DNA of 44,414 nt from an uncultured Bacilli bacterium (GCA_947630415.1 CANRHM010000001.1:1-44414), one strand, 5' to 3'. Positions 16,256 to 25,041 are shown, numbered from the stretch's first letter. The notes: a model not told the origin generated them from the sequence alone. Translations and numbers: made by a program.

Positions 16256-16981
16256 TCAACTCTTTCCAAATAGAGATAAAATTTCTTTTCGATAACTGCC
16301 ATCTTGGTTGTGAATATAAAGTGGCGGTAATAATTTTACACCTGTTTTCCCATTTTTACTAGCTTCAATTAAAAATAAATTAGATTCTTTATTAACTTTG
16401 GGGTAAATAAATTGAATGCGTTTAGGTTCTAGATGGTACTTTTGAAGTAGAGCAAGAATCTCTACTAATCTCTCTGTTCGATGAACCATTACAAAACGAC
16501 CATCATTTTTTAAGAGTTTCCTCACAATTTCAAGGCTTTCTTCTAACGTAATAGCCACTTCATGTCGTGCAATCGTCTTGTGACTATCTTGATTCACAAC
16601 ACTTTTTTGAGAAGTCTTAAAATAAGGTGGATTCATGGTAATAACATCAAAAGAATCCGATTCAAAATCTTCTTTTAAGTCTAAAATATTTTTATTGATT
16701 AAAGTAATAGCTTGTTCTTTATGATTGATTTCAACCGATTTTTTAGCTAACTCAAAAACTTCTTTTTGGATTTCAACACCTGTAATATGGGCTTTGGTCT
16801 TCGTTGATAAAATTAATGGAATAGGTGCATTTCCACAACAAAGATCTAAGATTTCTTTATCTTTTAGATGAATTTCTACAAAATTCGCTAATAGTACAGA
16901 ATCGAGTGAAAAAGAAAACCAATCGGTATTTTGTATAATTTTTAGGTTAGAAAAAGAAAGTAAATCGTGTAATACTTCCAT
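16256..16981 (-). CDS. SAM-dependent tRNA (adenine-N6)-methyltransferase, YabB/TrmN6-like
   Basis: DLCCGNAPIPL (SAM motif I) and MNPPYF (NPPY) motifs. Synteny with B. subtilis yabB. Confidence 0.8.
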   Translation of the reverse strand: MEVLHDLLSFSNLKIIQNTDWFSFSLDSVLLANFVEIHLKDKEILDLCCGNAPIPLILSTKTKAHITGVEIQKEVFELAKKSVEINHKEQAITLINKNILDLKEDFESDSFDVITMNPPYFKTSQKSVVNQDSHKTIARHEVAITLEESLEIVRKLLKNDGRFVMVHRTERLVEILALLQKYHLEPKRIQFIYPKVNKESNLFLIEASKNGKTGVKLLPPLYIHNQDGSYRKEILSLFGKS

Positions 16982-17769
16982 TATTTAACCTCTTCTAAAG
17001 CTACGACTAAGGTATGATGATCTTTAAATTCAACGGTCGCTTTTTTAGCAAACACATCGAGTGAAATAATTTTTCCTTTGCCATCAACGGTATCGATATA
17101 AGTACCTACACTGGGTAAATCTTTCTTTAATTCGGTATAAACTTCATCTTCATAATTCAAACAACATAGTAATCTTCCACAAGAACCATTGATTTTATTT
17201 GGGTTTAAAGCAATAAATTGGTTTTTAGCCATATTGATAGAAACACTATTAAAGTCTGTTAAGAAACTACTGCAACATAAGAATCTACCACAAGGCCCTA
17301 AGCCTCCCACTTCTTTGGCTTTATCACGAACACCTATTTGACGAAGTTCAATACGAGTATGATAATTTTGTGCTATTTTTTTTACTAGTTCACGGAAATC
17401 CACTCTTCCATCCGCAATAAAATTAAAAAGTAGTTGATTTCGATCAAAGGTAAAAGATGCATCAAGTAAACGCATATCAAGATCTAATTCAGTAACATAT
17501 TCTCTTGCCGATTCCAAAGCACGCTCTGCTTCTTTTAAATTTTTCTTATGCTGTTTACGATCGGCTTCAGTAGCAATACGAAGAATTGGTTTTAAAGGAA
17601 TACCAATACTATTTTCTTCAATTTCTTTATTTGGATTTACCACCGTGGCATATTGCATTCCCTTTTCGGTTTCCACAATAACATCCATATCCATCTCAAT
17701 GTTGCATCCTCCCGGTGTAAAATAATAGACACGTCCTCCGGAATTAAATTTAACACCTACCACTTTCAT
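16981..17769 (-). CDS. ricT: PSP1-domain protein (YaaT/RicT, stage 0 sporulation protein)
   Basis: Conserved Cys cluster GPCGRFLCCSSFL...CGRLLCCLNYE. Follows holB as in Bacillus. Confidence 0.85.
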   Translation of the reverse strand: MKVVGVKFNSGGRVYYFTPGGCNIEMDMDVIVETEKGMQYATVVNPNKEIEENSIGIPLKPILRIATEADRKQHKKNLKEAERALESAREYVTELDLDMRLLDASFTFDRNQLLFNFIADGRVDFRELVKKIAQNYHTRIELRQIGVRDKAKEVGGLGPCGRFLCCSSFLTDFNSVSINMAKNQFIALNPNKINGSCGRLLCCLNYEDEVYTELKKDLPSVGTYIDTVDGKGKIISLDVFAKKATVEFKDHHTLVVALEEVK

Positions 17770-18665
17770 TTTGCTACACCTCCACTTAATTCAATGATGA
17801 TTTTATCTAACATTAGATTTTGATTGACATTAGAATTTATTTTTATAGGTAAATGAGATACTAATTCAATCTTTCTTAATAAATTTTCTTTTGTATTTTG
17901 ACTAGAAACTTTTTTGATTTCATCTTCATAATTCTGAAATATAGAATCATGGATTGGCCTATTTAGTTGAAAATAAAGCGTACTTTCATAAAATTGTTGT
18001 ACTAATTGAAAAGCTTCTAATAGGTCTTCTTTTGAATTTAGTATATTATCCCAAATTTGGTTTAAGAAAGCAATGGTTTTAGGTCCTTTTGCTTCAATCA
18101 TAGTACAAAACTTAACCACTTGATCAAGCAAGTTTTGATCGATAGAATTTTGTTCTTCACTCGGTTTTAACTGAAACAATTGACATCTTGAAAGAATTGT
18201 TGGTAAGACTTGATTTCGATTAGGAGCAAGCAAGATAGCAACTATATTTTCTTCTGGTTCTTCTAAAAATTTTAATATAGAATTAGCAGATGATTTATTA
18301 AGCTTGTCCGCTCCATTGATAATGTATACACGATTACGATGATCTAAAGATTTCGTTTTAAAATCCGTCTGCAAATCAAGTAGTTGTTCTTTTTTGATCC
18401 AAAGACCATCGGGTTCAATCAACTTAAAATCAGGATAAATTCCAAGATCAATATGATGACAAATCGTACAATCATCACACGTATTTTTTTCTGTTTTATG
18501 GCTTGTACAAATTAAAAATTTAGCAAAAGCAATAGCAAGTGCACGACTATCATCAAAATGGTTTGTCTCAATAAAATAAGCATGACTAACTTTTCCGTTT
18601 TCAAGAACGGATTTAATCATCGTATCATAAAAATTAGATTGTGTTTCTCGATAGTCACTAAACAC
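17766..18665 (-). CDS. holB: DNA polymerase III subunit delta'
   Basis: AAA+-like clamp-loader fold with SHAYF and a Cys cluster CDDCTICHHI, plus FLEEP and TILSRCQ motifs. Confidence 0.85.
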   Translation of the reverse strand: MFSDYRETQSNFYDTMIKSVLENGKVSHAYFIETNHFDDSRALAIAFAKFLICTSHKTEKNTCDDCTICHHIDLGIYPDFKLIEPDGLWIKKEQLLDLQTDFKTKSLDHRNRVYIINGADKLNKSSANSILKFLEEPEENIVAILLAPNRNQVLPTILSRCQLFQLKPSEEQNSIDQNLLDQVVKFCTMIEAKGPKTIAFLNQIWDNILNSKEDLLEAFQLVQQFYESTLYFQLNRPIHDSIFQNYEDEIKKVSSQNTKENLLRKIELVSHLPIKINSNVNQNLMLDKIIIELSGGVAK

Positions 18666-18679
18666 TTTACCACCTCAAA

Positions 18680-18868
18680 TTAAAATACAAGTACTAACAG
18701 TAAAACTAAAGAAAATAATGCTGGCAAGCCTAAAAAGCCTACAAGACAAATGGTAATTAAATTGATCGGAATCATCATGTTAAAAGAGACTGCTAATAGA
18801 TTATATCCATATAAGATAAAGGCTCCTAGAATAAATTTTCTTAGTAGAAGAAAGATGCTCTTTAACAT
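18680..18868 (-). CDS. bofA: BofA-family small membrane protein (pro-sigmaK processing inhibitor-like, 62 aa)
   Basis: Start moved to MLKSIF (RBS AGAGGTGA). IPINLITICLVGFLGLPALFSLVLL resembles B. subtilis BofA VPINLVTTAISGILGIPGIAALVVI (from memory). Lies next to recR as in Bacillus. Confidence 0.55.
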   Translation of the reverse strand: MLKSIFLLLRKFILGAFILYGYNLLAVSFNMMIPINLITICLVGFLGLPALFSLVLLLVLVF

Positions 18869-18907
18869 TTTTTCACCTCTACTAATACTTATGATGGACA
18901 ACTTCTT

Positions 18908-19504
18908 TTATTCAATATTTTTACGATCAGCAAGAGCCCTTTCTAGCGTCATAGAATCAATATATTCCATATCGGCTCCAATCGGAATTCCACTTGCAAT
19001 TTTAGATACCGTTAAAGGAAGACCATCTAAAATTTTCTTAATATATAAAGCTGTTGTTTCTCCTTCAATACTAGGTTTAACCGCTAAAATTATTTCTTTA
19101 AATTGATTTTCTTTAATTCTTGAAAGTAATTTATCGATGCCAATATCTTCAGGATTGATTCCTTCCATAGGCGATATAAGTCCATTTAATACATGGTACA
19201 TTCCATTGTAAGAACCTAATCGTTCAAAAAGAATAACACTTCTTGGATCTTCTACTACACAAAGTGTAGATTGATCACGAAGTTTATTACTACATATTTC
19301 GCATATTTCGTTTTCGGTTAGATGATTACAAATCTTACACGGATGAATCTTTTCTTTAACATCTTTCATGGAATCCATGAAAGCCTCAACCTTTTCAGGA
19401 TCGGCATCTAAAACGGAAAAAGCAAGCCTTTCAGCAGTCTTTTCACCTATACCAGGAAAACTTTTAAATCCTTCAATTAAATTTCGTAAACTCTCTGGGT
19501 ACAT
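18908..19504 (-). CDS. recR: recombination protein RecR
   Basis: HhH motif GIGEKTAERLAF, C4 zinc finger CKICNHLTENEICEIC and a Toprim domain. Confidence 0.95.
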   Translation of the reverse strand: MYPESLRNLIEGFKSFPGIGEKTAERLAFSVLDADPEKVEAFMDSMKDVKEKIHPCKICNHLTENEICEICSNKLRDQSTLCVVEDPRSVILFERLGSYNGMYHVLNGLISPMEGINPEDIGIDKLLSRIKENQFKEIILAVKPSIEGETTALYIKKILDGLPLTVSKIASGIPIGADMEYIDSMTLERALADRKNIE

Positions 19505-19513
19505 AAAAAACTC

Positions 19514-19810
19514 CTAAAACATTCCTGGAAGGTTAGCAAATTTACCCATTTTTTCTTCAGTTGTTTTATCAACTTGTTGAAAAGCGTTATTAATAGCTAC
19601 AACTAAAACATCTTGTAACATTTCAATATCCTCTTTAGATAATTCTATATTTGGATCAATTGTTATTTTTAGAACCTCTTTTTTTCCATTAACTACTACT
19701 TTTACAAAGGAGTTCTCACCAGTAAACTCCATTTTGTCGATTTCATTTTTGGCACTCATTACTTCTTTTTGCATTGCTTGAGCTTGTTTCATAATTGCTT
19801 GAATATTCAT
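19514..19810 (-). CDS. ybaB: YbaB/EbfC-family nucleoid-associated protein
   Basis: 98 aa, begins MKQAQAMQKEV. Sits between dnaX and recR. Confidence 0.9.
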   Translation of the reverse strand: MNIQAIMKQAQAMQKEVMSAKNEIDKMEFTGENSFVKVVVNGKKEVLKITIDPNIELSKEDIEMLQDVLVVAINNAFQQVDKTTEEKMGKFANLPGMF

Positions 19811-19828
19811 TTTTATTCCTTCTTTCTT

Positions 19829-21538
19829 TTATTCATCCATCTGTACAATATTTTTACCAAAAAGTTGAATAGCTTCCTTCATTAAATCAGAAGTGGGCAT
19901 TTCTTTTTCAGGTTCAATGGTTGATTCAGAAAAAGTGTCTGGTTCTTCTTGGTATTTATATTCTACATGATCTTTTATATTTTTAATATAATTTTCTTTT
20001 TCCTTTTTCCATTGATCTACCGATAAGAGAACGATTTTGTAATCTTTATCAAAAATCTCTTTAAATGTGTTTTCGATTTTTTCAATCATGTCGTCTCCTC
20101 GTTCGACTAAGGAATCATATTGAAAAGCTAAAATAACATTTTTTGAACTAGCTGCAACAGGGGTAGCATCGGCTAAAAAACACGCGACTGCACCAATCTT
20201 TCGATCAAGAGTATATTCCATGATTTTATTCCAATTATTTTTTAATTCTGTCAATGATTTTTTATCAGCTAATGCAAAAGTATTATTAATTCTTAATCGT
20301 TTTTGAGAAGCAATATCAATTTTTGGTTCATTTTCTTCTATAGGCTCTGGGGCTTCTTCTTTTGGTATTTGATTCTCTCCTATAGATTTACTTTCTGGAA
20401 TAGGACTTTGTTTTTCTTCAATTTCTACTTCTTTTGGATTTTCTTTTTTATCAAACTTTTGTTTATTTTCTTCTACTTCTTTATTTACTGAAGTCTTTGT
20501 TTGTTCTTTTAAATTCATAAATTGAAGTAATTTTATTTCTAATAAAAGTTTAATATTCGAACTTTCTTTTAATTCATTTAACATTTGATTTAACGCTATG
20601 ACAAATTGATTAATAAATTCAGTATCAATATCGTTTTGATGATCGATATATTTTTTTACTAATTGATTTCTTAGATGAAGCATTAAATCTTCAACAAATC
20701 GAAGTAAATCTTTTCCATTTTGATACATTTTATCCAATTGTTCTAAAACGTACTCATTATCTTGTTCTTTAACTTTTTGAATGAAAGTATCAATTTCTTC
20801 AAAACTCATTAAGCCATTGACTTCTCGCATATCATTCATAGTAATTTTATTATTAGAATAGGATGTTAATTTATCAAGTAATCCTAAAGCATCACGCATA
20901 CCACCATCAGAATAACGAGCAATTTCTACTAAAACATCTTCATCTATTTTAATTTTTTCTAACGAAGTAATTTCTTTTAATCGATTAACAATCGCTTTTT
21001 CATCAATGCGTTTAAAATTAAAGCATTGACAACGAGATACAATCGTAATAGGAACTTTATGCAAATCAGTAGTTGCTAAGATAAAAATAACATGACTAGG
21101 TGGTTCTTCTAATGTTTTTAATAAAGCATTAAAAGCACCGATTGAAAGCATATGTACTTCATCAATAATATAAACTTTATATTTTAATTCTGTTGGAACT
21201 AAAGATACCTTATTTCTTAGTTCTCGTATTTCATCTACTCCATTGTTAGATGCTGCATCGATTTCGATAATATCTGGGCATTCTCTTTTACTAGCAGCAA
21301 GGCACTGGGAACATTCAAGGCAAGGATTACCTTCTTGGGGATTAGAACAATTGACTGCTTTAGCAAAGAGTTTTGCCATGGTTGTCTTTCCTGTACCACG
21401 CGGTCCAGAGAATAAATAGGCATGGGATACTTTTCCACTTTTTAAAGTATTTAATAATGTTTGTTTAACAACATTTTGGCCTACTACTTCATTAAAAGTA
21501 ACTGGGCGATACTTTCGATATAATGCTTGATATGCCAT
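19829..21538 (-). CDS. dnaX: DNA polymerase III subunit gamma/tau
   Basis: Start moved to MAYQALYRKYRP (RBS GGGGGTGA). GPRGTGKTT Walker A, Zn module CLECSQC, DEVHMLS and SRCQ motifs. Confidence 0.9.
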   Translation of the reverse strand: MAYQALYRKYRPVTFNEVVGQNVVKQTLLNTLKSGKVSHAYLFSGPRGTGKTTMAKLFAKAVNCSNPQEGNPCLECSQCLAASKRECPDIIEIDAASNNGVDEIRELRNKVSLVPTELKYKVYIIDEVHMLSIGAFNALLKTLEEPPSHVIFILATTDLHKVPITIVSRCQCFNFKRIDEKAIVNRLKEITSLEKIKIDEDVLVEIARYSDGGMRDALGLLDKLTSYSNNKITMNDMREVNGLMSFEEIDTFIQKVKEQDNEYVLEQLDKMYQNGKDLLRFVEDLMLHLRNQLVKKYIDHQNDIDTEFINQFVIALNQMLNELKESSNIKLLLEIKLLQFMNLKEQTKTSVNKEVEENKQKFDKKENPKEVEIEEKQSPIPESKSIGENQIPKEEAPEPIEENEPKIDIASQKRLRINNTFALADKKSLTELKNNWNKIMEYTLDRKIGAVACFLADATPVAASSKNVILAFQYDSLVERGDDMIEKIENTFKEIFDKDYKIVLLSVDQWKKEKENYIKNIKDHVEYKYQEEPDTFSESTIEPEKEMPTSDLMKEAIQLFGKNIVQMDE

Positions 21539-21598
21539 ATTATTCACCCCCATGAGTCAACATATTTATTATACCATAGGTTCTAATGAAAAAGATTC

Positions 21599-22051
21599 TT
21601 AATTTCGTTTTTTTTTAAAAAAATTAGACAAAAGAGATGCACACTCATTTTCGAGAATTCCACAAGTTATTTCTACTGCGGAATTAGCATCAACTTCAGT
21701 TAAAATTTTATGCACAATTTCTTTATTTTTATTATTTTTACTTTGAGTACCATAAGCAATTCGCTTAATCCGAGCCTGTTGTATAGCACTAGCACACATT
21801 GGACAAGGTTCTAATGTAACATATAATATACATTCATTAAGACGCCAATTATTTAATTTTCGTGAAGCCTTTTCAATACATATAAGTTCCGCATGTTTTA
21901 AAACTGATTTTTTAGTATCTTTTTTATTGTAAGCAGATGCAATAATTTTATCTTTATAAACAAGAACAGCCCCTACAGGAACTTCTTCTTTTTTTATTGC
22001 TTTTTTAGCTAAATTGAGTGCTTTATTCATATAAAATTCATCTTTGTTCAT
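21599..22051 (-). CDS. tadA: tRNA-specific adenosine deaminase
   Basis: HAELICIEKA and TLEPCPMCASAI deaminase zinc motifs. Confidence 0.9.
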   Translation of the reverse strand: MNKDEFYMNKALNLAKKAIKKEEVPVGAVLVYKDKIIASAYNKKDTKKSVLKHAELICIEKASRKLNNWRLNECILYVTLEPCPMCASAIQQARIKRIAYGTQSKNNKNKEIVHKILTEVDANSAVEITCGILENECASLLSNFFKKKRN

Positions 22052-22073
22052 ACATTATCACCTCAAAATAAAA

Positions 22074-22146
22074 GATGCACATGAGAATAAACTATTAAAG
22101 CTGCTATCTTCCGATCCTGACTTGGTTCTAGTCATCTCATTGCATC
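22074..22146 (-). ncRNA. ffs: small (4.5S-type) signal recognition particle RNA
   Basis: Minus strand reads GATGCAATGAGATGACTAGAACCAAGTCAGGATCGGAAGATAGCAGCTTTAATAGTTTATTCTCATGTGCATC. It forms a long hairpin (GATGCA/TGCATC, ATGAGA/TCTCAT). The domain IV signature is CCAAGUCAGGAUC-GGAA-GAUAGCAGC (compare E. coli CCAGGUCAGGUCCGGAAGGAAGCAGC). It is followed by TTTTATTTT, and a -10 box lies 7 nt upstream. Confidence 0.75.
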
Positions 22147-22152
22147 GATATT

Positions 22153-22181
22153 ATTGTAATCTATTTTTATTTTTTTTGCAA
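22153..22181 (-). promoter_or_regulatory. sigma-A promoter of the SRP RNA (and probably tadA)
   Basis: TTGCAA(22181-22176)-17 nt-TACAAT(22158-22153). Confidence 0.55.
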
Positions 22182-22191
22182 CTATATATTA

Positions 22192-22207
22192 TGTTTCACG
22201 TGAAACT
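22192..22207. other. parS site (ParB/Spo0J loading site), 15/16 match
   Basis: TGTTTCACGTGAAACT versus the palindromic parS TGTTTCACGTGAAACA. Confidence 0.75.
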
Positions 22208-22218
22208 TGTATATATTT

Positions 22219-22234
22219 TATTTCCCAGGAAATA
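22219..22234. other. NBS (Noc-binding site) variant, 15/16 match
   Basis: TATTTCCCAGGAAATA versus the B. subtilis NBS consensus TATTTCCCGGGAAATA. Confidence 0.65.
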
Positions 22235-22253
22235 TTTTTCATAAAATTTTTTT

Positions 22254-22269
22254 TATTTCCTAGGAAATA
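22254..22269. other. NBS (Noc-binding site) variant with a central TA, 14/16 match
   Basis: TATTTCCTAGGAAATA. The perfect palindrome extends to 18 bp (22253-22270). Confidence 0.6.
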
Positions 22270-22292
22270 ATTTTATAAAAGAAAGGCAAATT

Positions 22293-22308
22293 TATTTCCC
22301 GGGAAATA
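22293..22308. other. NBS (Noc-binding site), perfect 16/16
   Basis: TATTTCCCGGGAAATA. Confidence 0.75.
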
Positions 22309-22319
22309 TTTTTAAGTTA

Positions 22320-22335
22320 TGTTTCACGTGAAACA
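22320..22335. other. parS site, perfect 16/16
   Basis: TGTTTCACGTGAAACA. Confidence 0.85.
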
Positions 22336-22351
22336 ATATAAAAAGTATAAG

Positions 22352-22379
22352 AAAAGAAGTTTCACGTGAAACTTCTTTT
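22352..22379 (-). terminator. 28-bp perfect palindrome: gyrA terminator with an embedded parS core (14/16)
   Basis: AAAAGAAGTTTCAC|GTGAAACTTCTTTT starts 6 nt after the gyrA stop. It has an A-tract/stem/T-tract shape. Inner 16-mer AGTTTCACGTGAAACT (22358-22373). Confidence 0.6.
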
Positions 22380-22384
22380 AAATA

Positions 22385-25030
22385 TTATTCATCTTCTGGT
22401 ACTATTTCGTTTTCTTCAACTATAGATTCATTATCTTCTTCTGAATTTTCGTTATTTTCTTCGCGTGCCACAGATGCAACTGAAGCCACTTTTTGATCAT
22501 TCTTTAAATGAATTAAACGAACACCTTGGGTTGAGCGACGTAAAGTAGATACTTGATCAATTGGTAGTCGAATGACAATTCCACTATCGGTAATAATAAC
22601 TAAATCTTCTTCACCAGTAACAGCTTTTAAAGTAACAAGCATTCCATTCTTTTCAGTAACATTCAAAGCTTTAACACCTTTACTACCCCTATGTGTTAAA
22701 CGATAATCATCAATTGGTGTTTGTTTTCCATATCCATTTTCAGTAACAACTAAAACATTTTCATTAGCATAAACAATTTCGCCACCCACTACTTTTGCGG
22801 TACCTAAATCGATTCCACGAACACCGGAAGCAGATCTTCCCATAATTCGAACTTCAGATTCTTTAAATCGAACCATTCGACCATTAGAAGCACCAATAAT
22901 AATTTCATTATCACCTGTAGTCTTACCTACAGAAATTAATTCATCATCTTCTTTTAAAGTAATAGCAATTTTTCCACTTCGACGAATATTATCAAATTCA
23001 ACTAAATTTGTTCGCTTAACGACACCATTTCTAGTAATAAAGAATAAATATTTATAATCTTCTTCATTTGCTTTAATAGATAAAATTGAATTAATTTTTT
23101 CTTCTTTTTCCACAGGTAATAGATTGATAATTGGCAATCCTTTACTTTGTCTGCTAAATTCTGGAACCTCGTAACCTTTCATACGATAAACTTTACCTTT
23201 ATTACTGAAGAATAAGATATAGTCATGCGTTTCCATGTTGATCATTTTTTCAACGAAATCCTCTTCACTAGTAGCCATTCCTTTAACACCTACACCACCT
23301 CTATTTTGAGTACGATATTCATCTACTGATAGACGTTTAATGTATCCTTTATTAGTAAGTGTTATCAATGTATTTTCAACTGGAATAAGGGATTCATCCT
23401 CGATATAATCAACTGCTGTCATATCAATTTTGGTACGACGATCATCGCCATATTTCTTTTTAATTTCAAGCATTTCTTCTTTAATAATTTCAAGAACACG
23501 TTCAGGTTTAGCTAGAATATCTTTGTAATCGGCGATTTTGATTTGTAAATCTTCTAGTTCACTTTCAACTTTTCCACGTTCCAAACCAGTTAAACGACGA
23601 ATACGCATTTCAAGAATACTATTTGCTTGAATTTCATCTAAGCCAAAACGTTCTTGTAATTTAGCACGTGCTTCTTCATCCGTGTCAGCAGAACGCACAA
23701 TATGAACCACTTCATCGATATTATCTAAAGCAATTCGTAATCCTTCTAAAATGTGAACACGTTCTTCTGCTTTCCCTAAATCAAAACGAGTTCTTCTAAC
23801 AATAACTTCTTTTTGATGTTCAATATATTTAGAAATAATATCTTTTAATCCTAAAGTCTTTGGTGTTTGTCCATCCAAAACAAGGAAAATAATTCCATAA
23901 TTAACTTGGAAATTTGTATGTTTATATAAGTTATTTAAAACAACTTGTGGATTAGCATCCTTTTTTAAAGTAATCGTTATTTTGACACCATCTTTTAAAT
24001 CCGTATGGTAATCTGAAATACCTTCAATAACTTTATTGTGTACTAATTCAGCTACTTTATTTTTTAGTTCCATCGTATTAACACCATAAGGAACTTCATC
24101 GATAATAATATTACTGTGGCTTCCTGCATCTTCAATGGTTGCTTTACTACGGATAGTAATGCTTCCTCGACCAGTTTCATAAGCTTTCTTAATACCAGAA
24201 TTACCTAAAATAATTCCTCCTGTTGGAAAATCAGGTCCTTTAATATATTCCATTAAGCCTAAAGTATCGATATCTGGATTATCAATATACGCAACACATC
24301 CATCGATAACCTCAGATAAATTGTGAGGTGGAATATTGGTAGCCATACCAACAGCAATTCCCATAGAACCATTAACTAAAATGTTAGGAAATCTAGAAGG
24401 TAAAACCGTAGGTTCTTTCATAGTAACATCAAAGTTATCGTCCATATCAACGGTATCTTTATTGATATCTCTCAATAATTCCAAAGAAATCTTAGCAAGA
24501 CGAGATTCAGTATAACGCATTGCTGCGGCACCGTCTCCTTCGATATTACCGAAGTTACCATGTCCATCAATCAACATATAACGTTGGTTAAAATCTTGCG
24601 CTAAACGAACCATTGCTTCATAAATAGAACTATCACCATGTGGATGATAATGACCCATAACATAACCTACGGTCGTAGCAGATTTACGATGAGGTTTATC
24701 TGGTGTATAACCTGATTCATACATACTCCATAAAATACGACGATGAACTGGTTTTAATCCATCTCTTAAATCTGGTAAAGCACGCGATTTAATAACACTC
24801 ATGGAATATTCCATAAAAGATGTTTTTACTTCATCGACAATATTGTTGTGATCAAGTCGGTCTCTTTCATGAAAGTAACCACTAAAGTTAGAACTATTAG
24901 AAGACGCTAATATATTACTATCATTGGTTGCCTCTTCGTTTGTACTATCTAAAACAATGTCTTCTTCTATCGGTCCATCTTTTTCTTTAGCACGATCTAA
25001 TAATTCATCTAAATTATCTTTGTTATCCAT
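22385..25030 (-). CDS. gyrA: DNA gyrase subunit A
   Basis: 881 aa. ALPDLRDGLKPVHRRIL, the active-site region AAMRYTE, the GyrA box and beta-pinwheel repeats. Acidic N-terminal extension and acidic C-terminal tail. Confidence 0.95.
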   Translation of the reverse strand: MDNKDNLDELLDRAKEKDGPIEEDIVLDSTNEEATNDSNILASSNSSNFSGYFHERDRLDHNNIVDEVKTSFMEYSMSVIKSRALPDLRDGLKPVHRRILWSMYESGYTPDKPHRKSATTVGYVMGHYHPHGDSSIYEAMVRLAQDFNQRYMLIDGHGNFGNIEGDGAAAMRYTESRLAKISLELLRDINKDTVDMDDNFDVTMKEPTVLPSRFPNILVNGSMGIAVGMATNIPPHNLSEVIDGCVAYIDNPDIDTLGLMEYIKGPDFPTGGIILGNSGIKKAYETGRGSITIRSKATIEDAGSHSNIIIDEVPYGVNTMELKNKVAELVHNKVIEGISDYHTDLKDGVKITITLKKDANPQVVLNNLYKHTNFQVNYGIIFLVLDGQTPKTLGLKDIISKYIEHQKEVIVRRTRFDLGKAEERVHILEGLRIALDNIDEVVHIVRSADTDEEARAKLQERFGLDEIQANSILEMRIRRLTGLERGKVESELEDLQIKIADYKDILAKPERVLEIIKEEMLEIKKKYGDDRRTKIDMTAVDYIEDESLIPVENTLITLTNKGYIKRLSVDEYRTQNRGGVGVKGMATSEEDFVEKMINMETHDYILFFSNKGKVYRMKGYEVPEFSRQSKGLPIINLLPVEKEEKINSILSIKANEEDYKYLFFITRNGVVKRTNLVEFDNIRRSGKIAITLKEDDELISVGKTTGDNEIIIGASNGRMVRFKESEVRIMGRSASGVRGIDLGTAKVVGGEIVYANENVLVVTENGYGKQTPIDDYRLTHRGSKGVKALNVTEKNGMLVTLKAVTGEEDLVIITDSGIVIRLPIDQVSTLRRSTQGVRLIHLKNDQKVASVASVAREENNENSEEDNESIVEENEIVPEDE

Positions 25031-25041
25031 CTTTTCACCTC

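Noticed and set aside
18750-19106. 118-aa plus-strand ORF
   Set aside because: It is antisense to the well-supported bofA-like and recR genes, with no RBS and no recognisable motifs. The same reasoning applies to the other antisense or overlapping track ORFs: 2430-2639, 3351-3539, 4811-5023, 9595-9855, 10605-10832, 11608-11817, 13043-13318, 14186-14392, 20303-20491, 21235-21438, 25703-25960, 26040-26240, 26668-26850, 26874-27083, 28925-29182, 29955-30155, 37673-37855, 41278-41478, 41497-41766, 42855-43091 and 43553-43744.
22044-22244. 66-aa plus-strand ORF in the tadA-gyrA intergenic region
   Set aside because: It lies antisense over the SRP RNA hairpin, its promoter and a parS/NBS site. It has no RBS, and its low-complexity product is typical of chance ORFs in AT-rich DNA.
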